Below are positions 1 through 13,322 of a stretch of 64,000 bases of DNA, in pieces. Every line of letters starts with the position of its first letter. The stretch's first letter is position 1. This DNA comes from Azolla caroliniana (Eukaryota; Plantae; Polypodiophyta). A model generated the notes under the pieces. It made no database searches and was not told where the DNA came from. It saw nothing but the letters and a program-made list of their open reading frames with translations. The DNA is taken from contig JBHGNT010000005.1 in assembly GCA_043228905.1 (NCBI GenBank), forward strand, positions 2,170,001 through 2,234,000, written 5' to 3'. The translations under genes were made by a program, and so were the position numbers.

Positions 1-346
1 GCCGGAAGCTGAAGGCAGTTTGAGCAGATAACGGAGGAGAATACCGGGGGCAGTTCGAGGAGTACTGTTGCTCGAAGGGAATCCGGCTCGAATTTACCGT
101 GCCGAAGATGCCGGAACTAAACGGGTTGGCCGAGAGGATGAACCAGACCATAATGGAGAGGGTCTGGGGTATGCTCGGGCATGCAAAATTACCCAAGAAG
201 TTTTGGGTTGAGGCACTGTCGACGGCGACATATGTGATAAATAGATCACCCTCAGTACCCTTGGACGAAGACACGCCACAGAGAGTATGGACCGGTAAGG
301 AAGTGTCCTACCGGCATCTGAAGGTGTTCGGGTATCTCGTGTACGT
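1..346 (+). pseudogene. Copia integrase core fragment
   Basis: DNGGEY...PELNGLAERMNQTIMERV...LPKKFWVEALSTATYVINRSP...HLKVFG motifs typical of copia integrase. Confidence 0.93.
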
Positions 347-991
347 TGTCGAGGTATTCCTCGCGGATGCGTGGAATGAGGCGGGACCTCGGGGGTCCTG
401 TACCGAAGAGCAAGAGAGAAAGGAGAAGAGACCCACTACGTGCGAGAGTAGATTCATAGGGACACGGCCCTTCGACACAAAGACGCGAGTGGGATAGCGA
501 CACAGAGAGACATGAATGTATGTATGTATTAACAAAGACAAACAACAAAACACGAAGTTGGTTACAACCGAACAGGCCGGCGAACAGATGCCGATACCTG
601 TTCGTAAACGGACAGAAAGGAAGGAGTAGGTTGGAGGTGCTGCCGGAAGCACTCGGGCATTCCTCAGAGCAGCGCGAGCCTCCCGAACCCTGCACAGAAG
701 GAAGCTATGGAGTTTGCGAACCAAAAAGAGAGAGAGAGAAGCCTTCGCACACAAACCGACAGCACTTCGTCCTCGACTCTCCGCGATCCCCTTCCCCCTC
801 CTCGTCTCCCTCCTCTTATAGGCAAGGAAGGAGCCGTTTCCTATTAACTTCCTACCTACCGAATCTACCTACCTAGGATCTTCTATGTCCCTCATTCTCC
901 CTTATGTACAACGTAAGGCGTACGTGCATGAAGAGTCGGTTCCTATGCTCCAGCGCACCGATTCCGATCGTGGACGGTTTTCTTCACGACA
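347..991 (-). repeat. 3' LTR of gypsy A (645 bp)
   Basis: TGTCG...CGACA termini; near-identical to 19548-20194; G-rich PPT adjacent at 992-1008 (minus strand GGTTAGGTGGGGGCGGA). Confidence 0.95.
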
Positions 992-1064
992 TCCGCCCCC
1001 ACCTAACCGCGCATCCACCGGCATGCGCCAAATTGAGTTGGGACGGAGAAAACCGGTCCAACCT

Positions 1065-4000
1065 TTATTCCCCGCCCGTCAGTTCTTCTTCGGTTTCGGA
1101 TCGTTCGTCGTCCCGGTCCAGGTTATCCGGATCCGGCTCGTCGTCGTGACGCTTCTTGAACGCTTTGATCCGCTTCCCAGCTACCGGTATCGCCATTCTC
1201 GTGCCGTCGAGTTCCGCCAGATGGTACGTCCCGTTGTCGTTGGCGCTTTGTACCACATAAGGCCCGAACCACCTTCTTGCGAACTTCCCTGTCGCTCGGT
1301 GTTGGTTGTCGAGGCTGGTGTCGTAGACTAGCACCCAATCGCCTTCCTCGATCTTCTTCGATCGGAGCCGGTTCGTCTGGTCGAACCGGGCTTTGTTCCT
1401 CGTCCTACCCACCCGAAGCTTTTCCGCAGCCTGCTCCACGTCCTCCGGTCTTCGCTCGAGCTGTCGTATGCGCGCCGTCAACAGTTCCTCCCGGCTCATC
1501 TCGTCTCTCCAGTCCACGGTTGCCCATGAGGAGATCGTACGTTCCATCGGCATGATCGGCTTCTGCCCAAACATGAGCTCTGCCGGCATGAATCCGGTTA
1601 CCGAACTGTGCGTAGTTCGTTCAGCCCACAACGCGTAAGGCAGCAGCCGCGGCCAGTTCCCGACTTGACCTCCGCATGCCCGAACTAACGCCTTGACGAT
1701 CGGTCCGTGTCCGCGCTCCACCTTCCCATTCGCCTCCGGATTGTATGCAGTGGTGAGCGAGAGCTTGACTCCTAGCCGATCGAATAGCTCCTCGGCCTCT
1801 TCGGCGTCCAACTCCCCGCGATCAGCCACTATCTTCCCGATGCACCCGTACCGGCATATCACGTCCTCAATTAGGAACCGACATACGGCCGCGGTCGTTT
1901 TGTTTTGAAGGGCTCGGCCTTCTACCTGGTTCGTCAGATCTTCCCAAGCCAGGACCAGGTACCGCATCTGTCCTACTCCCATCGGCATCGTCACCAGATC
2001 TACCATCCATTTGAAGTGGATGGTCGGCGGGTACGTAGGGTGAAGCTCGTCCCGATGTTGGACTACGGAGTGCATTTGACAGCTCTCGCAAGTTGTCACG
2101 AACCGATGCACGTCCCGGTACAGTCCCGGCGACCAGTACTTCCCCTTTATCTTCTTGAACGTGGCCCACATTCCTGTTCTTCCTTCATCGCAACCACCCG
2201 GAGCGGGATGCCTTTCCTCTTCTTCGGGTTCTTCCATAAGTATCCGTCCCGAAGAAAGAATCGGTAAGCTTTCTTCCGGATCCGGCGTCATTGTCCTCAA
2301 AAATCCACCGATCTGGAGCCACTCGCCGTCGTACTTGCTCTCATCGAAGTCGTTAAGTGCCGGAGTGCTCGTCCCATCGGTCGTCACGTACGCCGCCTCG
2401 AAGAAGTCCACGCCGACTTCTTCGTCCTCCGAAACCATGCCGCCCTCGTCATCAAACCTCGCCCTCGAAAGCATGTCGGCCATGGCGTTGTCCTTTCCGG
2501 AAATGTGCCGTATTTCCGGGTCCAGGGACTTGATGTACGCTATCCACCTGAGCATCACCAGGTCCGGTGTCGCGCATCCGGAAACCATGCCGAGAATTGG
2601 CAGGAAATACGTCTCGATGATCACTTCCGTCCCGATCAGGTAGTCTTTGTCGGCCTTTACTGCCGAAACAATACCCCAGAGTTCGCGTTTAACCTGGGCA
2701 TACCCCCGTTGTCGCTCACTGAGGACCTTCGCGCCGAATCGGATCGGGAACCGAATGTCGTCCTCGTCTTCTTGGTTGACAACCCATCCGATCCCGGTCG
2801 GACTCGTATCCACTGTTATGTATACCGGGGTACCCTTCTTGTAGACAGCCTTCCGGAGCGCCGGTGCCGCCGCAAGAGCTTCCTTTAGCTTCCGGACCGA
2901 CTCCGTGTGCTCGTCTCGCCACTCGAATTTTCGCCCCTTTTTCAGCGACCCGTATAGCAGCTCCGCAACGTGGGCGTAATGCGGGATCCATATGTGGTAG
3001 AACGCGCATGCCCCCAGGAACCTCCGAACTTCCGTAACCGAGCTACAGTCGGTCTTCATCGCGGAGATGGCTTCTACTTTTTCCGGAGACGGCTTCCGGC
3101 TATACGATCCACACAGGTGTTCGACCACCAGGATTTCTGATTGCCCGAAGGCCGATTTCTCCCCGGAGAAGGTGAGCCTCGCATCCTCTAGCCTTTGTAG
3201 CACCTTCTCGCAGTCGTCGATGTGTGTTGCCACCAATCGCCGGCATCCGTCCGGCCCGAGTGTTGCGTCCTTCTCTTCCACTGGGCACCCCTTGATCGGG
3301 ATGTCGTCTAGAAATGGTATGGTGATGTCCGGGATGCAATCCCTCAGTACCTTGTTCATTGCATTCACCATGTGGGCCACCGAGTTGGTTCCTCCTTGTG
3401 GCAGGGTACACATTCGCACTAGGCCGAGGGGAGTTCGCATCGTCGTAATGTCTCTGCTCTCTACGGCTAGCTGGAATTGGTCGTACCCCGAGTACAGATC
3501 ACCGACCGAGTAAATCGACCTTCCGGCGAAGGCCTCCGCGAACTCGTCTATGGTCAATCCGATTCCTGCGTTCCGAATGGTCACTCTGTTGACCGGCTGC
3601 AGGTCCTGAATGAAGCGCAATGTTCCGTTTTTCTTTGGTACGGTAAACCATCGGTTCGAGTATGGCGCGCTCGACGGTTCGAGAATACCCATATCGACTT
3701 TCTGCCTCAGTAGCTCCATCAACTCCGGGATGTGAGCTCTTGGTACCGGAATCGGCTTGAGATTCCACGGTACATGCGGTACCGTGAATATCACCATCGG
3801 CTCCACGATTGTCGGGTCTACGCACCCAATCTCTTCCGGTGAGAATGCGAAGGCTTTCCCATGCCTTCCGAGCATTCTCCGAAACCGGTCTTCCTCCGCC
3901 GGCAGTAGGAACCCGCCCCCACCGATTTTGAGCTCCCGAACTGGGGTCCGACGCAACCCCTCTGATTCGGGACTCGCTGCCCTCCGGTAAGGGTGCCGCA

Positions 4001-4430
4001 ACTGGCCTTACCTTCCGGTCCACAGTCTTGTACTTCGTGCAAACTCGGGCCGTCCGATCCGACCCGAGCCCCCGACTGAAGTTCGCGATGACTTTACATC
4101 TCTTCGGAACATACCGGTATCGTCTGGTCTTCGTTAAGGTCTTCTCCGGCTACCTCCCTCAGCATTCCCAAGGTGTCATCAAAGGAGACCGCCTCCACGG
4201 CTCCGCTGATTTCCTCGTCCGGGGCGAGAACTCCGCACGCTTGAAGTCGCACTTCCGCCCTTGTCTTTTCTCGGCCAACGATGCCGACTATCATACACCC
4301 TCCGTTGTTGGAGAAGGAAAATTTCCTACCTATCGTACAGGGCTCCTTCGGTTTCGGTTCTATCGTACAGTCGTGGGGTCTTCCTCGAGTGTCCGGACTG
4401 TCTCGGCCCCACGCCTTGGCAACCCTCTCT
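1065..4430 (-). pseudogene. Gypsy A pol (RT-RNase H-integrase), with deletions and frameshifts relative to B
   Basis: 978-aa ORF 1065-4001 with FLDD RT, TVDTS RNase H, DLV...DRG...E integrase core and GPY motif. Lacks segments present in B near 3940 and 2160-2290. Confidence 0.93.
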
Positions 4431-5646
4431 AAAAATCCTCCCGGTTCTCGCTACCGAGGGATTCGCGGTTTCGCTCGTGGTTTGGTCGCACCGTCAGAAA
4501 TTGGACCGAATGGCGCCCGTCCTGGCTTTTGACCCTTGCGTAGGCCGAACCGTTGTCCAGCACCTTGGTCTCCATTCGCGCCGCCGTGATGTATGGTTCC
4601 CCTAATATGACCGGGTGCGAGGACGTCTCCTGTACGAAGAAGTGCTGGTCAATCTCGACGTCGCTGATCTTGACTCGCACGTTTGGGCAGGCCCCGTGCA
4701 GTTCCTCGGTGGCGCGCGTCGCCGCCCGTATCTTCCACCCGTGCTTAGTGTTGATCAGCCACTTTCCCTTCTTATAGAAGTCCATGGACATTAGGTTTAT
4801 TTCCGAACCGTGGTCCACCAATGCCACCACCGGTTCCTGAACATCTCCGATCTTTACCGGGGTCTCCGTGGTCGCTCGGGCCCAGTGTGGCCTCGAATAG
4901 TGGCTCTCCGCCCACTCATCTGCCAGCGCAGAGTCGTCGATGTGCGTCGTCCGCACCTCCACCGGTCTTTCCGGTTCCGTCTCCGTCGACAACCTCTTCC
5001 GTTTCACCAAGTCTACAATGGAGTCGTGGAACTCCTTCTTTGCGATCCCTAGCACCTCCCGCAATGACAGCTCCACTTTGCTGTCGAGGATCCGTTCTTC
5101 TAGGACCTTTCGTAGGTCCGTAGTCCTTTCTATTTCCGTCCCCAGTCGGTATCCGCCCTTCCTGGGGTTATCTTGCGAGCCGGACCCACCGGCATCGTTC
5201 CGTCGTTGCCCGAATCGGGTCTCGTACCGTTGTGAGGGCCCGGCCGCTCTGGCTGTCCCCACTCGTTTGTCTTCTACCAGAGCCTCGTAGTTCCGGCAGG
5301 CGGCTTCTACGAAGCCCGTCTTCTCCTCGACCGGATCGCTCCAGCCGGTTATTTCCGCGCGGTCCGTTTCGTCTTTCCTTAGCCGTGCGCCGGCAACACC
5401 TTCCAGCATTGCCGACCAGAATCCGTCTTTGCCCTCCTTTCGGGCCTCGCTGCCCCCGACCCGAATGCCGGCCGACGCCGAGTAGTGGATGGCCTCCACG
5501 TGTCGGGCCATTGCCTCTTCCATTAGTCTCTTCATACCTCCTCGTCCGTTGTTTCGGTTTAGGGCCCTGCTGGTGTCGTCGGCGTGCACCCGGCCTTCCC
5601 ACAGGTACACCACCCGGTTCCTCAACGCTTCTACGAAATCGCCGCA
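4429..5646 (-). pseudogene. Gypsy A gag C-terminus and aspartic protease (3' half of the split gag-PR)
   Basis: Homologous to the B gag-PR ORF; ALVDHGSEINLM protease motif; ends GAG GAT TTT TAG. Confidence 0.92.
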
Positions 5647-5919
5647 GGGTCGAAGCATGCTACGGTGTACCAACTTTTGGCCAAAAATTTAGTACTAAAT
5701 CGAAGAAGAAAATAAACATTAAAAATTGTAAATAAGTTTCAAAAAACAAAAAACAAATTCATTACGTCACACTCGAATGCACAAAGATATTGTACGTCAC
5801 ACTCGAAATGTCACTAGGCCATATTTAATACATTAATTGTTGCCCCAGTCTCCTAGGTAGAGTTGTACGAAAGCACACCTGGAGAAGGTATCCATTGTGA
5901 CAGTTGGTCAGTCTCAGTA

Positions 5920-5994
5920 TCTCTCTCTCTCTCTCTCTCTCTCTGGTATGGGTAGTCGAACGTGTCAATTGGTATGTCTCTCTCTCTCACTCAC

Positions 5995-6027
<33 letters not shown>
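5920..6027. repeat. (CT)n microsatellites in the putative 5' region of the accessory gene
   Basis: Directly visible CT runs. Confidence 0.85.
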
Positions 6028-6030
<3 letters not shown>

Positions 6031-7033
6031 GTCTCGAAGTTGTCAGACAGACAGTGGCGGAAAGTTAAATAAAGACGACATATCTATTACAGGTCTATCT
6101 CTCTCTTTCTCTCTCTCACTCCACCTTCAAAGCTCTGTTTCTTTCTTTCTTTCTGTTTCTCTCTCTCACTCCACCTTCGATTCTCTGTTTCCCCGCGTAG
6201 CTGTGCTTGTGTTCCCCTCTGTGCCAGGTTCGATCTCTGAACGCAGAGATTTTTGTTTCCCCTGCTCGTTGTATGTGTTGTTGATTTTCCTTCCTTGTGT
6301 ATGCTCGTTTGTTTCCTCTGTCTATGCTCGTTTGTCTCCTCTGCAGCAGCCTCGTTTGTCGAAATCAACACGGTGTGGTACCTCTGCAAGTTGTACGACC
6401 TCCAGGTATTCTCTGTGTTGCATGCCCAACTGGTATGTTTTCTTTTTCTGAATGTTTCCTGTCTGTCTGTTTTTTATTTGCATGTGTATGGTCATTTTTA
6501 GGGTTTGATTATTCATAGTCTATGTGTTGCATGCCCAACTGGTATGTTTTTGTTTTCTCTGTGTTTCTCTGTGTTTCTTTTAAAAATGTATGACAATATT
6601 TTGATCGAGGTGGTTGTGTGTTAGACATGTTTGTACATGCAACGTAAATGGAGTTGGCTATGATGAGTTGCTATGTTTTCGTTTTGTTCTTGTTTCCTGT
6701 CCATCTGTTTTATTTTGTGTGAGTTTGACATGGATAAGTGTTTTTCCGACTATTTTGGGTTTTTGTGTGTTTGACATGGCTTGTACATGCGATGTGATGG
6801 AGTTGGCTATGATGATTTACAATGTTTTCGTTTTCTTTGACTTTCCTATCCGTCTGTTTTTATTGTCTGTGTGTTTGACATGGATGAGTTTTTTTCCGAC
6901 TATTTAGGGTTATTGTGTGTTTGACATGGTTTGTACATGCAATGTGATGATTTGCTATGTGTTGATGGTAATTGCTTGAGTTTTCTTCTAGTACATGCAT
7001 ATTCATTCCTTGAGAATTGTGTTGACTAGGACA

Positions 7034-10000
7034 ATGACGAGAAGGACACCCATAAAGAAGACATTGATGAAAGAGAAAGTGAAGACACCAGTGAAGGAAG
7101 GAAGAAGGACACCCATGAAAGAAAGCAAGAAGACACCCACAAGAGAAAGGGTGATGAATTCATCAACACAGAGAAAGAAGATGTACCACTCCATCAGTCG
7201 AGACACACCTCTTGGATGGAATTATTTCCTTCGAGTACGACCCGACGTGTATCCAGAGCTGAGAGAGTGGTTGTTAAAAACCTGGGGGTCAGCACATCCT
7301 GACACAAGGCGAGGATTCCACATAAGTGGTTTGAAGAGGGAATACATGAATTTATTGAAGACGAGATACGAACATGTTTATGATACAAATCAAATCACTA
7401 ACAATGAGGTGGGTACTGTTTTTGCACGTGCTTTTGCATGTGAAGTTCAAGGTGGCATTGACGTAAATTGGGAAGATTTTAATCGGCACCGGTCAGAACA
7501 TTACAAAGGGTCCTCCAGTACCAACACTGGCTTGAAGTCATCTGGAACCTCTCATGTGGATATTCTAGCTATAACACCTGTCCACCAAGTTCTAGAGGCA
7601 AAGGTACGGGCCACAATGACTGAAAAGCATGAACAGATGATGGCCGGTTGCATAGCTTCTATGAGCTCAAGAATACAAACACTACTTGCTGATTTGGAAG
7701 CAGTTAAATCAGCTGAAATACAGGCAGAAAAGAAATTTTCTTCAATAAAAACTACATATGAATGGATTGCATCGACAATCCAAAATTCAGAAAGTGAGGT
7801 GTTGAAAGAGGAGTTGAAGAAAGAGCTAAACAATATGGGCACTCAATTAGGTTCACAGATGAGAGACCTTGATACTTGCAGGAATGCACATGAAGAAATA
7901 GATAATAAGTTGTCAGCCTTAAAGTTGCATTCTGAGAACCTTGCATGCTTGATGCAGGATTTAAAACAAAATGGTTTTGATACTTTGTGTCCATCTGTAA
8001 TTGAGCACCCAAGTGGTATAGAAAGTACCATTATTAGTATAGCTATATCACGGTATTGGCTTTAAAAGTTATTTATTTCTACTTCTCTGGTATAAATAAG
8101 TGAGCAGCTAATATATTATAACTTGTGTTTGCAATCTTCCAGGTGTATATTTTGTGGCCTCAGATTCAAGCTGGAGGCTATGGATGTTGTGATTACACCA
8201 TGCTTGCACACATATCATGTGCTATGTGCTAAGTATCATTTTGAGAAAGAGAATACATGTATGGACTGTAAAACTACAATTGCGGCTGAGTGGTACTATG
8301 CTTGGGGTTTAAAAGTACACCCGTACGGTATGTGGCTCTACTATTCTATTGTTTGTATTATATGATGTCAATTAACATTTGGACTAGAACTAGTGTATGC
8401 CACAATTCATACTTCAAATTTAGTGTAATCTCTAACAACTATTATGTGGAACCCTAATTATGTGGGTTAGTATTGGCAGTACTCTTAATATATAATTGGT
8501 ATGTGTAGTTGAAGGGATATTTTCCACAATTAGTAGTACTAAAAGGGAACCAGGTACAACATCATCCAATCTATATTGCAACTTGCCTAGTATTAGTTTA
8601 GTAAACACTATACTTATAGTACACTGTTGACTGTTAAGATTGTTTGTGTAACATGGGAATTAGTACTAGTAATGTAATTTGGGAACAAGGTGTATAGTAA
8701 ATTGCTGAATAATAGTACAATTATTGTAATTTGGAAATGAGGTGTGTCAAACACATATCACGTTTAGTACTAATACTGTTCAAGATTAATACTGTTGGTG
8801 TAATTAGTACAAGTTATGTAACTAGGTGTGTAGAAGACATATCATGTTTAGTATTACTTGTGTGCAAAATACCAATCTACATTTGTTGGATTAGTACTTA
8901 GTAAGTACTACATGGTTCATGATTAGTACTAGTTCTATACTTTGTGAACTAAGTTACTAGTACATTGCTCATGATTAATACTAGTTTTGTAATTTGGGAA
9001 CTGAGTAGTACTTTGTTCCTTATTAGTACTAGTTTTGTACCTTATTAGTAATAGATCAGTAATCTAGAAAATAAGTGAGTAGTACATTTTGTAGGATTAG
9101 TACTAATTGTGTAATTTGACTAAGTCAGTGGTACATTGTTGAGTAGTATATTGTGCATGATTAGTACTACTTGTGTAAATTGGGAACTAAGTGAGCATTA
9201 CATTGTTCGGGATTAGTACTCCTTGTGTAATTTGCTAACTAAGTGAGTAGTATATTGTGCATGATTAGTACTACTTGTGTAAATTGGGAACTAAGTGAGC
9301 ATTACATTGTTCGGGATTAGTACTCCTTGTGTAATTTGCTAACTAAGTGAGTAGTATATTGTGCATGATTAGGACTACTTGTGTAAATTGGGAACTAAGT
9401 GCGCAGTACATTGTTCGGGATTAGTACTCCTTGTGTAATTTGCTAACTAAGTGAGTAGTATATTGTGCATGATTAGTACTACTTGTGTAAATTGGGAACT
9501 AAGTGAGCAGTACATTGTTCGGGATTAGTACTCCTTGTGTAATTTGCTAACTAAGTGAGTAGTATATTGTGCATGATTAGTACTACTTGTGTAAATTGGG
9601 AACTAAGTGAGCAGTACATTGTTCGGGATTAGTACTCCTTGTGTAATTTGCTAACTAAGTGAGTAGTATATTGTGCATGATTAGTACTACTTGTGTAAAT
9701 TGGGAACTAAGTGAGCAGTACATTGTTCGGGATTAGTACTCCTTGTGTAATTTGCTAACTAAGTGAGTAGTATATTGTGCATGATTAGTACTACTTGTGT
9801 AAATTGGGAACTAAGTGAGCATTACGTTGTTCGGGATTAGTACTCCTTGTGTAATTTGCTAACTAAGTGAGTAGTATATTGTGCATGATTAGTACTACTT
9901 GTGTAAATTGGGAACTAAGTGAGCATTACGTTGTTCGGGATTAGTACTCCTTGTGTAATTTGGTAACTAAGTGAGTAGTATATTGTGCATGATTAGTACT

Positions 10001-12215
10001 ACTTGTGTAAATTGGGAACTAAGTGAGCAGTACATTGTTCGGGATTAGTACTAGTTCCGTGATTTAGGAAATAAGTGAGTAGTACATTGTTCAAGATTAG
10101 TACTACTTATTAATTTGACTAAGTCAGTGGTACATTTTTCGGGATTAGTACTTGTGTAATTTGGTAACTAAGTGAGTAGTATATTGTGCATGATTAGTAC
10201 TACTTGTGTATATTGTGCATGATTAGTACTAATCGTGTAAATTGGGAACTAAGTGAGCAGTACAGTGTTCCTTATTAGTACTAGTTCAGTAATTTAGGAA
10301 CTATGTGAGTAGTACATTGTTCATGATTGGTACATTGTGTAAAATGGGAAGCAGCTCTTGTGACCTACATTATATATTTTAGATGATGGTACTAACATTC
10401 AAGGTTTTTTTGTTTCTTGCAATGAATGTTGTAGTGTCAAGCAACTCCACGCCAAGGAAGGTAATGGAACAACCAGCCCCTATGCCTAAACCCTCAATAT
10501 CTGCTACACATTCCAAGGTTCAGGGACCATCACTACCAATAACCTATGATTTTTATGATGAGGATGAATGTATGAGAAGGGCCATTGGAGCAGTGGAACA
10601 TATGCTTCTACAAACAAATTCCCCAAGCTCCGGTCAACATCAAGAAATAGAGCCCACTAAGAAGAGAAATGCAGTTTCTTTACAAATAGAGCCCAGTAAG
10701 AAGAGAAATGCTGCAAGAATGTTGTATGGAAACGGCAAGAAAGGCAAAGTTGAATGCAATGGTGAGTCATATAAGTTCTCACCTGTCTGGAGCATTGTCA
10801 ACCTAATCCATTGTCTAATACCATGTACTTGTGTTACTAGCTGATGATGAAATGATATTTGGTGACGGAGATACGAGTCCAAAACCTGATCATGAAGACG
10901 AATTTATCACACTCCCAGGTACACATCAAAAGCCAGACTTTGAAAACAATGATTAAGCTCATAACAACCCTATTTTTGTTGTTATTATAGATCATAACAA
11001 CACTGTTGAGCACCTAGATGTTGTGGAGAAGATGACCGAGCCCACCACTTGCAATGGGGTATCTACGGCTGTACAGTATGACGATGTAACATTAGGTAAA
11101 AATGTGGCCCTAAACCCTATGTTCATTGTTTGCAAACTTTTGAGTATGTGAGTTCATACCAATATTCTTTGGAATCCCATTAATTAGGTTTACAAGAGTA
11201 GTTTGATTCCCAACTGCAATCAAATGAATCGGGAACTTCATGGAGCACAAGTGCAGAATCAGATTCCCATCAGAGTCAGAATCAAATTAACCTTTGCAAG
11301 GAGGCAGACTCTGGAAGCACATCTTCCACACATGAGGATTGTGAGAAAAACGAAGCATTCATATGTGAAGAGCAGTTGGCATGTACAAACAACACTATGT
11401 CTAAAGAAGCCTATGAGTGTGGAAAGAATATGGCAAGTACTGAAGAGAAGATTGAAGCCCATGAAGAGTGTGGAAATAATATGGCAAGTACTGAAGAGAA
11501 GACTGATTGTACTGATAATGTGGCAAGTGCTGAAGAGAAGACTGATTGTACTGATAATGTGCTAGTACTATCTAAAGATTCCCATGAGGATCATGGAAAG
11601 AACATTGCTAGTAATGAAGAGGAGCTTGATTGTACTGAGAATGTGCTAGTAGTGTCTTGTGAAGCCCATGAGGATCGTGGAAAGAACATCGCTTTCCCTG
11701 AAGATAAGCCTGATTGTACAGAATCCCATGAGGAGTGTAGAGCGAACAACGTTACTAATGAAGGTGGGCCTGATTGTACTCAGAGCGAACAACATTGTCT
11801 TAAGAATGAGGTGACATCCATCGTACAAGAGGAGTTGACCATGACTACTGCCACGGTCCACATACAGGAGTCTAATAAGAACGAGTGTATAGGCATCGGT
11901 GATGATGATAGGGCAATAAAGATCGCTAGGAGTACAAGCATTCAGGAGATGAGTGATAATTTGTCTATCGACAACACCTTTGTGGATTTGTGTACAAGCA
12001 TTGCAGTTGCAGAAAACATAGTTGCTCTCTCAAGCTTGCCACCAGTACAAGGTGGCCGCGCATCCACGCCTGTCTCTGATGCCTCTGATGATGAAGTGCC
12101 ACTTAGTCAGCTCATACCTAAAGGCTTTAAGATAAAGAAGAATGTAAAATCAGAAAAATCTGGCACCAACAACAAGCGCATTACAAGATCGGCCAAGTTA
12201 CCCTCTAGTGCCTGA
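7034..12215 (+). pseudogene. Multi-exon accessory gene of the Sola2-like element: basic N-terminus, coiled coil, RING-H2 finger, acidic/Cys-rich repetitive C-terminus
   Basis: Inferred exons 7034-8052, 8143-8327, 8509-8553, 10435-10761, 10841-10918, 10991-11095, 11188-12215 joined by GT-AG introns in frame. RING-H2 CIFC-x15-CLHTYHVLC-x10-CMDC. One in-frame TAG near 11199-11201. Confidence 0.7.
9140..10050. repeat. 104-bp higher-order tandem repeat (two related 52-bp monomers, about 8.5 copies) in an intron; degenerate copies extend about 8600-10340
   Basis: AAGTGAGTAGTATATT recurs at 9241 and 9345; AAGTGAGC monomer at 9293; each monomer contains ATTAGTACT. Confidence 0.93.
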
Positions 12216-12344
12216 TTGTCTTTCGATTGTACTTGAACTTTAGTTGTTAGTGATGTCTGAAATTGAACTATTTGGATACCAAAATACTGTTTCAATTGCC
12301 AATGTAAAAAATCCAGTTCATGAATCTGAAATAGTTATACCAGT

Positions 12345-13310
12345 GTGAAATCAAGTTCATGTTTAAGGATTGCTTCTATATTTTGCTCATCAACATATAT
12401 CAAAAACAATGGGAATATACTTTTTTATCTAAGTATTCTTATTTTACAACGTTTTGTTTCTTTTTTGAGATCATCTCCTAATCCTCGCAAAGTCTTTCAG
12501 TCTATTGTAGATAAAATGCTTGAAAGTCTTCTTAGCTTGCTAGGAAAATTTAGGTTTTTAGGTGTTGATGATGAGAAACAGAAAATATCGGGTGTTATTG
12601 AAGATATACTGAAGTATAGACTGTTTCATCAATCCCATTTGGAGGATAACCAGAATGTGTGCAAATTGTTGAAGCAATGTGGGCCATATTTTGATGATAT
12701 CATCCCAAAGGATGAATCATCCACTAACAGTAGTAAGGAAATACTTACCTTTTTGAGCTATCACAAATTATTGTTTCAGAAGTTGGATTATTTTGTTAAG
12801 GAAAGGAAGGTCTGTACTTTAAAATCCATAGCCTGGATATTCAGGACTTATATACAAGAAGTAAAAACTCAGATGGCTTCACAGGACATATCATGAAACA
12901 AAAAAGGATTCTGAGAGAATAATTTTCATTGTTGTCTTTACAGAATTCATCGCCCCTTTTGAAAAATGAACTTACAGTAGAAAATCTTACAATATTAAAG
13001 TCTTTAATGAATTCAACTAACAATCTTCTCTTGGTAGCAAAAGAAGAGCAGATTTATGTGCCAACAGAGGACACACCAACTCTGCAAAACTCCTATGCTC
13101 AAATAACATCAGGAAACATGAGCAATATCGGCAATGAAGAAATCCAAGTCCTGTTGACAACAGCTAATATATTATGAAAGATAAGTACAAGTGGTTGAGA
13201 GGCATAAACCCTTTGGAAGAAAGACGAAATATATCAATTCATTTGTCAATCATCAAAATTAATAGTGAACTCCAAGTGGATGTTTTTCAGTTTTCTAGTA
13301 CAATGTATTG
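12345..13310 (+). pseudogene. Probable captured host gene fragment resembling plant URB2/Npa2 (nucleolar pre-rRNA processing protein)
   Basis: FLRSSPNPRKVFQSIVDKMLESLLSLLG, IEDILKYRLFHQSH and SYHKLLFQKL resemble, from memory, plant URB2 segments; stops and frameshifts present; no search was run. Confidence 0.5.
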
Positions 13311-13322
13311 ATAGGGTGACTT

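Noticed and set aside
4429-5673. 414-aa ORF as an independent gene
   Set aside because: It is the severed 3' half of gag-PR, with a start codon borrowed from the Sola TIR
9140-10050. CRISPR-like regular array
   Set aside because: Intervening sequences are themselves repeated (no unique spacers), no cas genes, eukaryotic intron context
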